NCBI GenBank assembly: GCA_001513185.1
Contig: LFST01000046.1
Location: forward strand, 82,161 to 146,160
Source: Candidatus Fermentithermobacillaceae bacterium DTU015
GTDB lineage: Bacteria > Bacillota > Sulfobacillia > Fermentithermobacillales > Fermentithermobacillaceae
Direction: 5' to 3'
Length of the DNA stretch: 64,000 bases
In this document: one piece after another, positions 45,801-58,849 of the stretch
Layout: every line of letters starts with the position of its first letter
Position numbering within the stretch: position 1 is the first letter of the stretch
Position numbers and translations under genes: made by a program
The notes under the pieces: model-generated
Database searches by the model: none
What the model was told of the DNA's origin: nothing
What the model saw: only the letters and a program-made list of their open reading frames with translations

Positions 45801-47672
45801 ATGAATCTCGGTTATAGAAACAGGGAAAACAGCTCCGGCAATTTGCCTGCCAGGGAACTCAAGCGAATCAGGGATTTCGTCCTCATCGTGATAATCACGT
45901 GTTTTGCCATAATTATTGCCCAGCTGTTTAACCTTCAGATCATCCAAGGTGAGAAGTACCGGGCCCTTTCTGAAAATAACTACATGAGAATCACCCCTAT
46001 CCCTGCCCCGAGAGGAGAGGTATTCGACAGAAACGGGGAGGTACTGGTTACTTCGAGGCCGGCATTTACGGTGTTTTACTGGTACCTTGATGAAAGCGAG
46101 GCTGCAACCACCTTGCCCCGTTTGGCAGAGATTCTAGGGATGGACCTGGCCGAAGTCGAGGAGAAGGTCAAGCGATACGAAGGCAGGTATTTTGAGCCTG
46201 TGCCTATTGCCAGGGATATCCCCCCTGAGACTTACACCAAGATCGTGGAAGATGCCCCTAACCTGCCTGGTGTGTTTATAGACCCCCAGCCCATCCGGTA
46301 CTATCCCCATGATGACCTGCTTAGCACCACCTTAGGGTACGTAGGTGAGATCACCCAGGCCCAGCTGGATGATCCCAGGTGGGAAGGTTACAAAATGGGG
46401 AGTATCGTGGGCCAGCAGGGGCTGGAACTCCATTATGAGGATATCCTCAAGGGGAAAAACGGGGGATACCAGGTAGAGGTGGATTACAGGGGGAGGCCTA
46501 CCGGCAACGTGGGCCCGGGCATCGAACCGCAGCCAGGTAAATCGCTTCAGCTGGAAATTGACCTTGAACTTCAAAAGGCAGTAGAGGATGCGCTAAAAAG
46601 CACCCTGGAGAAAAACCCCGACGCCCAAGGAGCTTCGGTGGTAGTGCTGGATGTCAAGACGGGCGGGGTCTTGGCCATCGCTTCAGTGCCGGGGTTCGAT
46701 CCCAATAGGCTCATCTCAGGGATAAGCGCAAAAGACCTAAACCAGAAAATCACATCAGGGGAATGGCGGTTTGCCAATCTGGCTACTACAGGACTGTACC
46801 CGCCGGGCTCAGCTTTTAAGATTGTCACCGCGGTTGCAGCCCTGGCCGAGGGTAAGACAGACCCCGATGAAGAGATTTTCGACCCTGGCTATCACCCTTC
46901 GGCTCCCACTTTGGTGTGCCACAGGCGGGGTGGGCATGGATATGTCAACCTAGAACGAGCATTGGAAGTGTCTTGCAACACCTACTTCTACGAGATGGGC
47001 AGGCGGCTTGGAGTAGATACCCTCGCTGAATACTGCCGCGCCCTAGGCTTGGGCATGAAGACGGGGATAGATCTGGGCGGCGAAAACTATGGTACCGTGC
47101 CAAGTACCGAATGGAAGGCAAAAGCTTACGGCGAAGGCAGGGTGGCTCAGCCGGAGTTCCTGTTTTCAGAACACATGATGGTAGCCATGGGACAGGCTTT
47201 CCATCTGTACACGCCCATCCAAATGGCTTCGGTAACTCAGGCCATCGCCAACGGCGGGGTAAGGATGAGGCCGAGGCTTGTATCCAAAGTGCTAGACTCA
47301 GAACATAACGTGGTTGAAGAATTCTTGCCGGAAGTAGCCGGTGAGCTTAACGTTGATCCCGGCGTTTTTGATATTGTAAAGGCTGGGATGCTCCGGGTGA
47401 CCAATGAGCCGGGCGGGACTGCATATTGGATCTTCCATGATTGTCCGATAAAGGTATGTGGGAAGACAGGAACTGCCCAAAACCCCCTTGGGGATGACCA
47501 TGCGTGGTTTGTGGGATTTGGGCCTTACGAAAATCCCGAGATTGCCTTGGCTGTGGTTGTAGACCAAGGCGGTTCTGGCTCAGGCGTGGCAGCTCCTATA
47601 GCCAGACAGATATTCGATGCGTATCTGGCGATTTCACAGCCCCAAGAGGCAGAGCACATAACGATGGATTAA
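45801..47672 (+). CDS. mrdA: Penicillin-binding protein 2 (elongasome transpeptidase)
   Basis: PBP dimerisation domain, then the transpeptidase motifs SAFK, SCN and KTGT. Confidence 0.85.
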   Translation: MNLGYRNRENSSGNLPARELKRIRDFVLIVIITCFAIIIAQLFNLQIIQGEKYRALSENNYMRITPIPAPRGEVFDRNGEVLVTSRPAFTVFYWYLDESEAATTLPRLAEILGMDLAEVEEKVKRYEGRYFEPVPIARDIPPETYTKIVEDAPNLPGVFIDPQPIRYYPHDDLLSTTLGYVGEITQAQLDDPRWEGYKMGSIVGQQGLELHYEDILKGKNGGYQVEVDYRGRPTGNVGPGIEPQPGKSLQLEIDLELQKAVEDALKSTLEKNPDAQGASVVVLDVKTGGVLAIASVPGFDPNRLISGISAKDLNQKITSGEWRFANLATTGLYPPGSAFKIVTAVAALAEGKTDPDEEIFDPGYHPSAPTLVCHRRGGHGYVNLERALEVSCNTYFYEMGRRLGVDTLAEYCRALGLGMKTGIDLGGENYGTVPSTEWKAKAYGEGRVAQPEFLFSEHMMVAMGQAFHLYTPIQMASVTQAIANGGVRMRPRLVSKVLDSEHNVVEEFLPEVAGELNVDPGVFDIVKAGMLRVTNEPGGTAYWIFHDCPIKVCGKTGTAQNPLGDDHAWFVGFGPYENPEIALAVVVDQGGSGSGVAAPIARQIFDAYLAISQPQEAEHITMD

Positions 47673-47693
47673 CCATGGGGAGGAACACCTAAG

Positions 47694-48416
47694 ATGGCTC
47701 GAAAACAAGATGTGATCTTTAAGGGCAGCAAAGACGGCCTGCGCCTTATATTCAATGACCAGCAGGATTACGAGATATTAAAAGAGAAACTTAAGGCTCA
47801 TTTGCAAAAGGCTGAGTTGTTCTTCCAAGGTGCCGATGTGGTACTGGATATCGGAAATCTCGAGTTTTCCATCGATCAGATCCTGGAGATCCAGAACATA
47901 CTTGCGTTTCCCCATGGATTGCGGCTTAGGAAGGTTATACACGGCGGCAAGGAGCCCAGGCCGGTAGCGAAAACTGTCGATAAGCAAAGGACATTGGAAC
48001 CGGAGAAGCGAAACATAGATTACAAGCAGCAAGTTGTCGAAAATTGGGCCCGGGCGCCAAAGACTCCGGATACTTTCCTGTACAAAGGAACGCTAAGGTC
48101 CGGACAGCGCATCACTCATGACGGCAATGTGGTGATTGTGGGTGATGTCAACCCAGGTGCTGAGGTACGGGCTACAGGGGACATAATCGTAATGGGTAAC
48201 CTCAGAGGGCTTGCCCACGCCGGTGCAGGGGGCGCTACCGACGTGGTGATAGTGGCTTTCAAGCTGGAGCCTACGCAGATAAGGATCGGGGACGTAATCG
48301 GGAGGCCCCCCGAAGGGGAACTGGGCGCTCCAAGGGAACCTGAAGTTGCCAGGCTCAAAGACGGCGTGATCTTGGTTGAACCCTTAGATGGAAGTCGTTG
48401 GGAGGGAGAACGGTGA
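47694..48416 (+). CDS. minC: Septum site-determining protein MinC
   Basis: C-terminal beta-helix repeats (GNVVIVGDVNPGAEVRATGDIIVMGNLRG). Confidence 0.8.
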   Translation: MARKQDVIFKGSKDGLRLIFNDQQDYEILKEKLKAHLQKAELFFQGADVVLDIGNLEFSIDQILEIQNILAFPHGLRLRKVIHGGKEPRPVAKTVDKQRTLEPEKRNIDYKQQVVENWARAPKTPDTFLYKGTLRSGQRITHDGNVVIVGDVNPGAEVRATGDIIVMGNLRGLAHAGAGGATDVVIVAFKLEPTQIRIGDVIGRPPEGELGAPREPEVARLKDGVILVEPLDGSRWEGER

Positions 48417-49207
48417 GTGAAGCAATAGTCATAACATCCGGCAAAGGTGGCGTGGGGAAGACCACCGCCTGTGCCAACCTGGGAGTGGCCCTCGCGTCCA
48501 TGGGGCACAAGGTGGTGCTTGTGGATGCGGATATAGGGCTCAGGAACCTGGATGTGGTAATGGGCCTTGAGAACCGTATCGTGTATGACCTTGTTGATGT
48601 AGTCGAAGGATTTTGCAGGCTGAGGCAGGCGTTGATTAAGGACAAGCGGCTTGACGGGCTGTTTTTGCTCCCGGCAGCTCAGACAAAGGACAAAACGTCG
48701 GTAACTCCCGACCAGATGAAGCAGCTGGTTGACCAGTTAAAGGAAGATCACGATTACATACTGGTGGATTGCCCGGCGGGAATTGAACAAGGTTTCAAGA
48801 ATGCCATTGCCGGGGCCGACAGGGCTCTGATTGTGACCACTCCTGAAGTAGCTGCAGTAAGGGATGCTGACAGGATAATCGGCCTGCTAGAGTCATCGGG
48901 GTTTGACGATCCAGGATTGATAGTCAACAGGCTAAAGCCTAAAATGGTGGCCAAAGGCGATATGATGGACATACCTGATATTATAGATATACTGGCCATC
49001 CGCCTTATGGGAGTAGTCCCTGATGATGAGTACATAGTTGTATCTACCAACCGGGGTGAACCGGCGGCGTTGGCGGCTGAGAAATCAAAAGCCGGGCAAG
49101 CGTTTAGGAACATAGCCCGGCGTATCCTGGGAGAGGAAGTGCCTTTCCTGGACCTTAACGAACAGGAAACCTTTTGGGAAAAATTGATCAGGCTAATCAG
49201 GGCTTGA
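48413..49207 (+). CDS. minD: Septum site-determining ATPase MinD
   Basis: Deviant Walker A SGKGGVGKTT. GTG start with a GGGAGGGAGA RBS overlapping the minC stop (GTGA). Confidence 0.9.
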   Translation: MSEAIVITSGKGGVGKTTACANLGVALASMGHKVVLVDADIGLRNLDVVMGLENRIVYDLVDVVEGFCRLRQALIKDKRLDGLFLLPAAQTKDKTSVTPDQMKQLVDQLKEDHDYILVDCPAGIEQGFKNAIAGADRALIVTTPEVAAVRDADRIIGLLESSGFDDPGLIVNRLKPKMVAKGDMMDIPDIIDILAIRLMGVVPDDEYIVVSTNRGEPAALAAEKSKAGQAFRNIARRILGEEVPFLDLNEQETFWEKLIRLIRA

Positions 49208-49223
49208 CGAAGGGGGTATAGGC

Positions 49224-49487
49224 TTGTTTGGATGGTTTGGCAGGAAAGAGCAGTCTAAGGATGTAGCCAGAGACAGGCTCAAGCTGGTGCTCATGCAAGA
49301 CAGGATGGCCCTTGCCCCCCATACGATGGAACAGATGAAAGATGCCGTGATAATGGCGATCTCCCAATTTGTTGAGATAGACGAAAAAGGGCTTGAATTT
49401 GAGTGGAAAGGCAATGAGAGGAGCAAAGCCTTGGTTGCCAACATACCTGTGAGATCCGTAAGAAGGAGGGTTAAGACCAACGATTGA
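49224..49487 (+). CDS. minE: Cell division topological specificity factor MinE
   Basis: 87 aa, MFGWFGRKEQSKDVARDRLKLVL N-terminus. Confidence 0.8.
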   Translation: MFGWFGRKEQSKDVARDRLKLVLMQDRMALAPHTMEQMKDAVIMAISQFVEIDEKGLEFEWKGNERSKALVANIPVRSVRRRVKTND

Positions 49488-50622
49488 ACTGCCCAACATC
49501 AGGATTGAAACCAGAGCGGTACGGCGCATAGACTTCTGGCTCTTAGGCGCGGTACTGTTTCTTGAAATCCTGTCGCTTCCACTTATAGACAGTGCTACCC
49601 ATTCAACCGGCGGACATTATTACCTCAAGCGGCAGCTGCTTTTGGTAGTATTGTCTTTGTTGATGATGGGAGTGGCTACCTTCATCGACTACCGCGATCT
49701 GGTATGGTTGTCTCCGTGGATACTAGGTGTCAACACATTGCTCCTGGTGGCCGTGCTGTTTGTCGGCAGAACCGCAGGTGGTTCCACCCGCTGGATTTCA
49801 CTAGGGTTTTTTGACCTGCAACCTTCAGAGTTGTTCAAGCTTACAGCCATATTGTTCGCCACCAGGGTGTTGTGTTCCCTGGACAGGCCGGTTGATTCCA
49901 TCTTTTCGATAGTGGCATTTTACTCGTGGCTGGCAGTTCCGGCGTTCTTGATCCTCAAACAACCTGACCTTGGTACCACCTTGGTGATTATCGCCATCGT
50001 CACAGGTATGCTGTATTTTGCAGGCACTCCCGCCAAATCAATATTCAGCTTGGTCCTGGTGGGCATAATCATAGTGGGGCTCCTGTTGTGGCTTTATCTG
50101 TACGTGGGTGTACCCTTGCCCATAGAAGAGCACTGGATCGACCGGCTGGTGACTGGGTTCAACCCGGAAAAGGATCCCTTGGGCAAGGGCTATCAGGTGC
50201 TCCAATCCAAGATAGCCATAGGTTCGGGCTCGGTGTGGGGTAAAGGCCTGGGGAAAGGTACCCAGAACCGGCTGGATTTCATACCCCACCAGGAGACAGA
50301 CTTTATCTTCTCAGTGGTCGGCGAGGAACTGGGATTTGTGCGCACAACCATAGTGTTGGGCGTGTATGTGCTCATCTTGATTAGGTGTTTGATAGCTGCG
50401 GTTACGTCTGCCGACAAAGAGGGAACGCTAATAGCCGGCGGGGTGCTGAGCATGCTCTTGTTCCAAAGCATGGTCAACATCGGGATGACCATGGGTATCA
50501 TGCCGGTTACAGGTATCCCTCTGCCGTTTCTAAGCTACGGTGGTACCGCGTCGGTAGTGAATGCGTTTGCAATTGGGCTCGTGCTCAATGTAGGCTGGAA
50601 ACGGCACAAGATCTTATTCTGA
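49483..50622 (+). CDS. rodA: Peptidoglycan glycosyltransferase RodA (SEDS family); start codon non-canonical/uncertain
   Basis: SEDS motifs throughout. The conserved N-terminal segment RIDFWLLGAVLFLEILSLPLIDSAT is in frame but upstream of the first ATG/GTG/TTG (49642). The 5' limit was set at the ATT overlapping the minE stop. Confidence 0.7.
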   Translation: MELPNIRIETRAVRRIDFWLLGAVLFLEILSLPLIDSATHSTGGHYYLKRQLLLVVLSLLMMGVATFIDYRDLVWLSPWILGVNTLLLVAVLFVGRTAGGSTRWISLGFFDLQPSELFKLTAILFATRVLCSLDRPVDSIFSIVAFYSWLAVPAFLILKQPDLGTTLVIIAIVTGMLYFAGTPAKSIFSLVLVGIIIVGLLLWLYLYVGVPLPIEEHWIDRLVTGFNPEKDPLGKGYQVLQSKIAIGSGSVWGKGLGKGTQNRLDFIPHQETDFIFSVVGEELGFVRTTIVLGVYVLILIRCLIAAVTSADKEGTLIAGGVLSMLLFQSMVNIGMTMGIMPVTGIPLPFLSYGGTASVVNAFAIGLVLNVGWKRHKILF

Positions 50623-50641
50623 CGAATTTGGGGGTAGCGGA

Positions 50642-51064
50642 GTGCAGGAGATAGGGATGGTGGTCTCAGTCCAGGACCGCTCGGTTACGGTAGAGGTGAA
50701 AAGGAAAGACGCCTGTTCCACGTGTGGGCGGTGCGGCGGCCATTTGGCCCCAGGCCGGGATGTGATGGTCGTGGAAGCCGTGAAGACCGGCAATCCGAAA
50801 CCCGGCGATTTGGTTGTCTTAGAACTCCCGGATGAAGACTACTTGAGGCTTTCGTTCTTGGTATATATGTTACCCCTGCTGTGTTTAGGATTGGGCTATG
50901 CGCTAGGATGGTTGCTGGGCAGGTTCTTGGGTAACCCTTCAGTATGGGGAGCTGTGTTTGCCGCAGGCGGCATGGTAGCTTGTTTCGCTTGGCTCAGGAG
51001 TTACGATGCTGCTTCCAGGAAGACAGGTAAGTATATGCCTGTAGCCAGGCCGCTAGACGGCTGA
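50642..51064 (+). CDS. RseC/MucC-family protein (SoxR-reducing-system/positive sigma-E regulator-like)
   Basis: N-terminal OB-like domain (GMVVSVQDRSVTVEVKRKDACSTCGRCGG) plus two TM helices, the RseC architecture. Confidence 0.55.
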   Translation: MQEIGMVVSVQDRSVTVEVKRKDACSTCGRCGGHLAPGRDVMVVEAVKTGNPKPGDLVVLELPDEDYLRLSFLVYMLPLLCLGLGYALGWLLGRFLGNPSVWGAVFAAGGMVACFAWLRSYDAASRKTGKYMPVARPLDG

Positions 51065-52639
51065 TTCAGTATGCCTGACGGCAGCCTTGGTGCCGGATTT
51101 GACTTTTGGCATGTATCCTTCTTCCGACAGCGCTTCGACCAGAGTCTGATAAGACTCCCTGTCTACCACGATGTATCGCGGGCCTACTTTCTTCTTGAGA
51201 TACGGTTTGATCCTGGGCGACATCATGAGCTCGTCGGCAAGCTCCTTGGAGTCGCATTTTAGGAGGATCACGTCTTCAAACTCTATCCGTCCGTAAGAAG
51301 TACCCCATTGGGATATTGAGTAACTCACGTTCTGGGGGATGGGGATCCTGGAATGCTCCCCGAGAAACTCTTCAATGGTCTGAGGGTGATACCCATGGAG
51401 CATCGCACGGTATACTGAGTCTTTGGACAGCTTGTACACCAGCATCTGGTCGACTTTGACTATGTCTGCAAAACCGTCGATTGTCCATAGAATCTTGGGC
51501 TCCACGGTGCACGGTACCAGTATCTCAAAGTTGGGCTGGACGTAGATGTCGGTGTCAAATCTCTCTTCAGGCCATGGGGCCAGTCCGAACAGGGCCTTGC
51601 CTGTGGGCGTCACCTTGATCATGGTATCATTCCGTGCCTCGCACACTTCAAGTACCCCAAGGTATTCCAGCATGTCTACCAGGTTTTTCTCGACCCTGAG
51701 GTTTAGGCCGTGGGACGAGTGGCTGGTGGACAAGGCTTCCATTTCTTCCATCAGCGCAGATACTGACAGGACGGTATCTTGAGGGCATCTTTCAATCAGC
51801 CATAAAAGCGTCTGGAGATCTGAGTCTTGTTCGATAAATGTTTGTCTCCAGTACTTGTAAAGCTCCTGGCGCCATTGTGAATACGGGACATCCAGCCACT
51901 TGGCGGTTTCAGAACCAAGCCTCAGGGTGTTATTCCGCTCTTCGCACAGACTATGAGATTTGGCGAAAAACAGCAGGAACGCCAGGCGCGGTGGATACCT
52001 TACAGGGAAGAAGGACTCTTCGAGGCTCCGTTCGTCTTCCTCTATGATGACCACCAAGTCATCCTGGCATTTCTTGAACAAAGAGCCTGATTGGGTGATC
52101 CTGACCTCGTTTTTCCTCACATATGATAGGAGCAAGCATATGTGCCTGAGGGGAGCCGCAAAGTCGAACCGGTAACGGGGGGTGAAACGGCCAGGGTCAA
52201 TGCTCGCCCTTTGAAAGATTTCAGACAGGAAAAAGTCTGAAAGCACTTTGCGCAAGTCAGTGGGCACGAAATACTTCTGCCTGTACCCTTCTCTCCTGGT
52301 AAACACAAGGCCCCTGGAGATCAAGCCTTCTATTACCTTGAACCCGTTCCTGCGCCATTTGCGCGAGAGCTGGTTAAGCTTCTGGTGGCATTGTTCCACG
52401 ATTACGCCGCTTCCTCCGCCTGAAATGGTGATCATGCGGAGTGCCAGGATTTCTTCGTCGTTGAGCCCGTTCATGGCGACCAACGCATTGGCAGGGATAA
52501 GCAGGTGGCTTGCGATGAGCTCGGCCAACTTAGGCCCGTAGTCATCTTCAGGGACCTCAGGCAAGGAGATCCCATAGAAGTAAGCCATAGAATTCAGGCG
52601 TTCAGTGGGTAGTGCAGCCAGAGCTTCCCTCAGGTTCAT
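51053..52639 (-). CDS. XPB-helicase-associated partner protein (528 aa, function unknown; possible Bax1-like)
   Basis: ATGA coupling to the XPB gene. No catalytic motif identified by eye. Confidence 0.45.
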   Translation of the reverse strand: MNLREALAALPTERLNSMAYFYGISLPEVPEDDYGPKLAELIASHLLIPANALVAMNGLNDEEILALRMITISGGGSGVIVEQCHQKLNQLSRKWRRNGFKVIEGLISRGLVFTRREGYRQKYFVPTDLRKVLSDFFLSEIFQRASIDPGRFTPRYRFDFAAPLRHICLLLSYVRKNEVRITQSGSLFKKCQDDLVVIIEEDERSLEESFFPVRYPPRLAFLLFFAKSHSLCEERNNTLRLGSETAKWLDVPYSQWRQELYKYWRQTFIEQDSDLQTLLWLIERCPQDTVLSVSALMEEMEALSTSHSSHGLNLRVEKNLVDMLEYLGVLEVCEARNDTMIKVTPTGKALFGLAPWPEERFDTDIYVQPNFEILVPCTVEPKILWTIDGFADIVKVDQMLVYKLSKDSVYRAMLHGYHPQTIEEFLGEHSRIPIPQNVSYSISQWGTSYGRIEFEDVILLKCDSKELADELMMSPRIKPYLKKKVGPRYIVVDRESYQTLVEALSEEGYMPKVKSGTKAAVRHTESAV

Positions 52640-54342
52640 GGACTGTTACTCCTTTTCCACCGTGCAAGGAAATTTTCGCTTTCCCAAATGGTATACTTAT
52701 ATCCTTGCTCCGTCAAAAACAATTGCCGCTTTTGGCTAAACTCCTGATCCTTGGTATTCCGCGTGACTAAGGTGTAAAATGTGGCGCTTTCGCCCTGGGG
52801 CTTGGGGCGCAGAATCCTGCCGAGGCGCTGTGCCTCTTCTTGGCGGGAACCAAAAGTGCCTGACACCTGTATCGCCACACTTGCATCAGGCAGGTCCACT
52901 GCGAAATTGGCCACTTTGGACACCACCAGCACCCGGATTTCGCCTTCCCTGAATTTGGCATAAAGCTCCTCCCTGACATTGTTTGGCGTCTGGCCGTAAA
53001 TCATGGGCGCATCCAGGAGGTCCGATATTTCTTCGAGCTGATCGATATACTGCCCCAACACAAGTATCTGGTCGTCTGTGTGGTGCTCTACGATTGCCTT
53101 TACCAAGGGGAGCTTTTCAGGATTGGTAGCCGCTATCCTGTACTTCTCCCTTTCCCCGGCTGTATGGTATTCAAGCCGTTTGTCCTGAGGAAAATCCACT
53201 CTGATTTCATGGCAATGGGCGGTAGCGATCCAGTTTTGGGCCTCGAGCTCCTTCCAAGGCTTATCGAACTTCTTGGGTCCTATCAAGCTGAATACGTCAT
53301 CTTCCCGGCCGTCTTCCCTGACCAGGGTGGCCGTAAGCCCCAACCTTCTCCTGGCCTGGAGATCTGCGGTGATCCTAAATACCGGCGCAGGCAGAAGGTG
53401 GACTTCGTCGTAGATTATAAGTCCCCAGTTTCTCTTGTTGAACAAATCGAAGTGGGGGTAGATCTCTTCGGAAGTGCCCCGCTTCCTGTAAGTCAGGATT
53501 TGGTATGTGGTGACGGTCACCGGGCCTACTTCCTTTTTTTCCCCGCTGTATTCTTTCACCATATCTTCGGTGAGATTGGTCTTGTCCAAAAGCTCGTTTA
53601 TCCATTGCCTGAGGGCCACCACGTTGGTGGTGAGGATAAGCGTCTGGGCTCCCACAAGTTCCATGACTGCCATGCCCACGATTGTCTTGCCTGCCCCGCA
53701 TGGAAGCACAATCACACCGCTTCCGCCCCGCACGCTGCCACCGGCCCAAAACGCGTCCCTGGCTGCCTCTTGATATGGCCTCAGGCTGAAGGGTTTGCCT
53801 TCCCCGGTTACGTCCAAGAGGAATATGTCGAGAGGATCACCTTCAGTGTAACCTGCCAGGTCTTCGCAAGGATAGCCCATCTTTATGAGGATCTGCTTCA
53901 CCAAGCCCCGCGAGTACGGCTTAATTATCAGCGAGTGTTTGCTTAAGGGTCTTTCAATGTGTGGCTTCATTTTGTCAGACCGCTTTATTTCTTCCATGAT
54001 GAACTCGTCAGAGCAGGTGAGGATCAGGTTCCCGTCCTCATGGGTGAGCTTTACGATGCCGAATTTTTCCATGGTGTCTCTTATGTGCACCACGATATTT
54101 TCCGGCACCGGGTATCTGGAATACCTGCTTAGTTCGTCAATGACCTGTTCGGGGGTGAAGCCGCACGAAGCAGCGTTCCACAAGGATAGCACAGACAGCC
54201 GGTAAGTATGGATGTACTCGGGGCTCTTCACCAAATCGGCAAACCGCATGATGGCATCGCGGGCGTTTTCATATTCGGGATTGTCCACTTCCAGCAATAT
54301 TGTGCCGTCGCTTAATACCGTAGCTGGCAGATTTCTTGACAA
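52636..54342 (-). CDS. XPB/RAD25 (ERCC3)-type SF2 DNA helicase
   Basis: XPB N-terminal damage-recognition-like region (TILLEVDNPEYE, YRLSVLSLWNAASCGFTPEQVIDEL). Walker A VLPCGAGKT, DEVH box and the RED-like motif. The start was moved to the TTG with an AGGAGG RBS (MSRNLPATV). The ORF-track start is at 54396. Confidence 0.8.
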   Translation of the reverse strand: MSRNLPATVLSDGTILLEVDNPEYENARDAIMRFADLVKSPEYIHTYRLSVLSLWNAASCGFTPEQVIDELSRYSRYPVPENIVVHIRDTMEKFGIVKLTHEDGNLILTCSDEFIMEEIKRSDKMKPHIERPLSKHSLIIKPYSRGLVKQILIKMGYPCEDLAGYTEGDPLDIFLLDVTGEGKPFSLRPYQEAARDAFWAGGSVRGGSGVIVLPCGAGKTIVGMAVMELVGAQTLILTTNVVALRQWINELLDKTNLTEDMVKEYSGEKKEVGPVTVTTYQILTYRKRGTSEEIYPHFDLFNKRNWGLIIYDEVHLLPAPVFRITADLQARRRLGLTATLVREDGREDDVFSLIGPKKFDKPWKELEAQNWIATAHCHEIRVDFPQDKRLEYHTAGEREKYRIAATNPEKLPLVKAIVEHHTDDQILVLGQYIDQLEEISDLLDAPMIYGQTPNNVREELYAKFREGEIRVLVVSKVANFAVDLPDASVAIQVSGTFGSRQEEAQRLGRILRPKPQGESATFYTLVTRNTKDQEFSQKRQLFLTEQGYKYTIWESENFLARWKRSNSP

Positions 54343-54450
54343 AAGTGTGTTCCTCCTGAATCTGTAATGATACCTGCAAAATAGGCAATAACCCAAGATC
54401 TTTATTCTACGTCGGAAGTCTGAGTTCCTGCAACTGGGGCTTTCAAGCTT

Positions 54451-54480
54451 TTGCCCGCCGGTGAGGGTATCCGTTATAAT
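54451..54480 (+). promoter_or_regulatory. Sigma-A-type promoter upstream of pcrA (TTGCCC-N18-TATAAT)
   Basis: Consensus -10 TATAAT at 54475..54480, 38 nt upstream of the pcrA TTG start. Confidence 0.45.
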
Positions 54481-54518
54481 CTAGGTGTTCAAGTATTCCT
54501 GATGGCGGTGTATGGATT

Positions 54519-58829
<4,311 letters not shown>

Positions 58830-58849
58830 ACAAAAGAGGTGTCTGGTAG

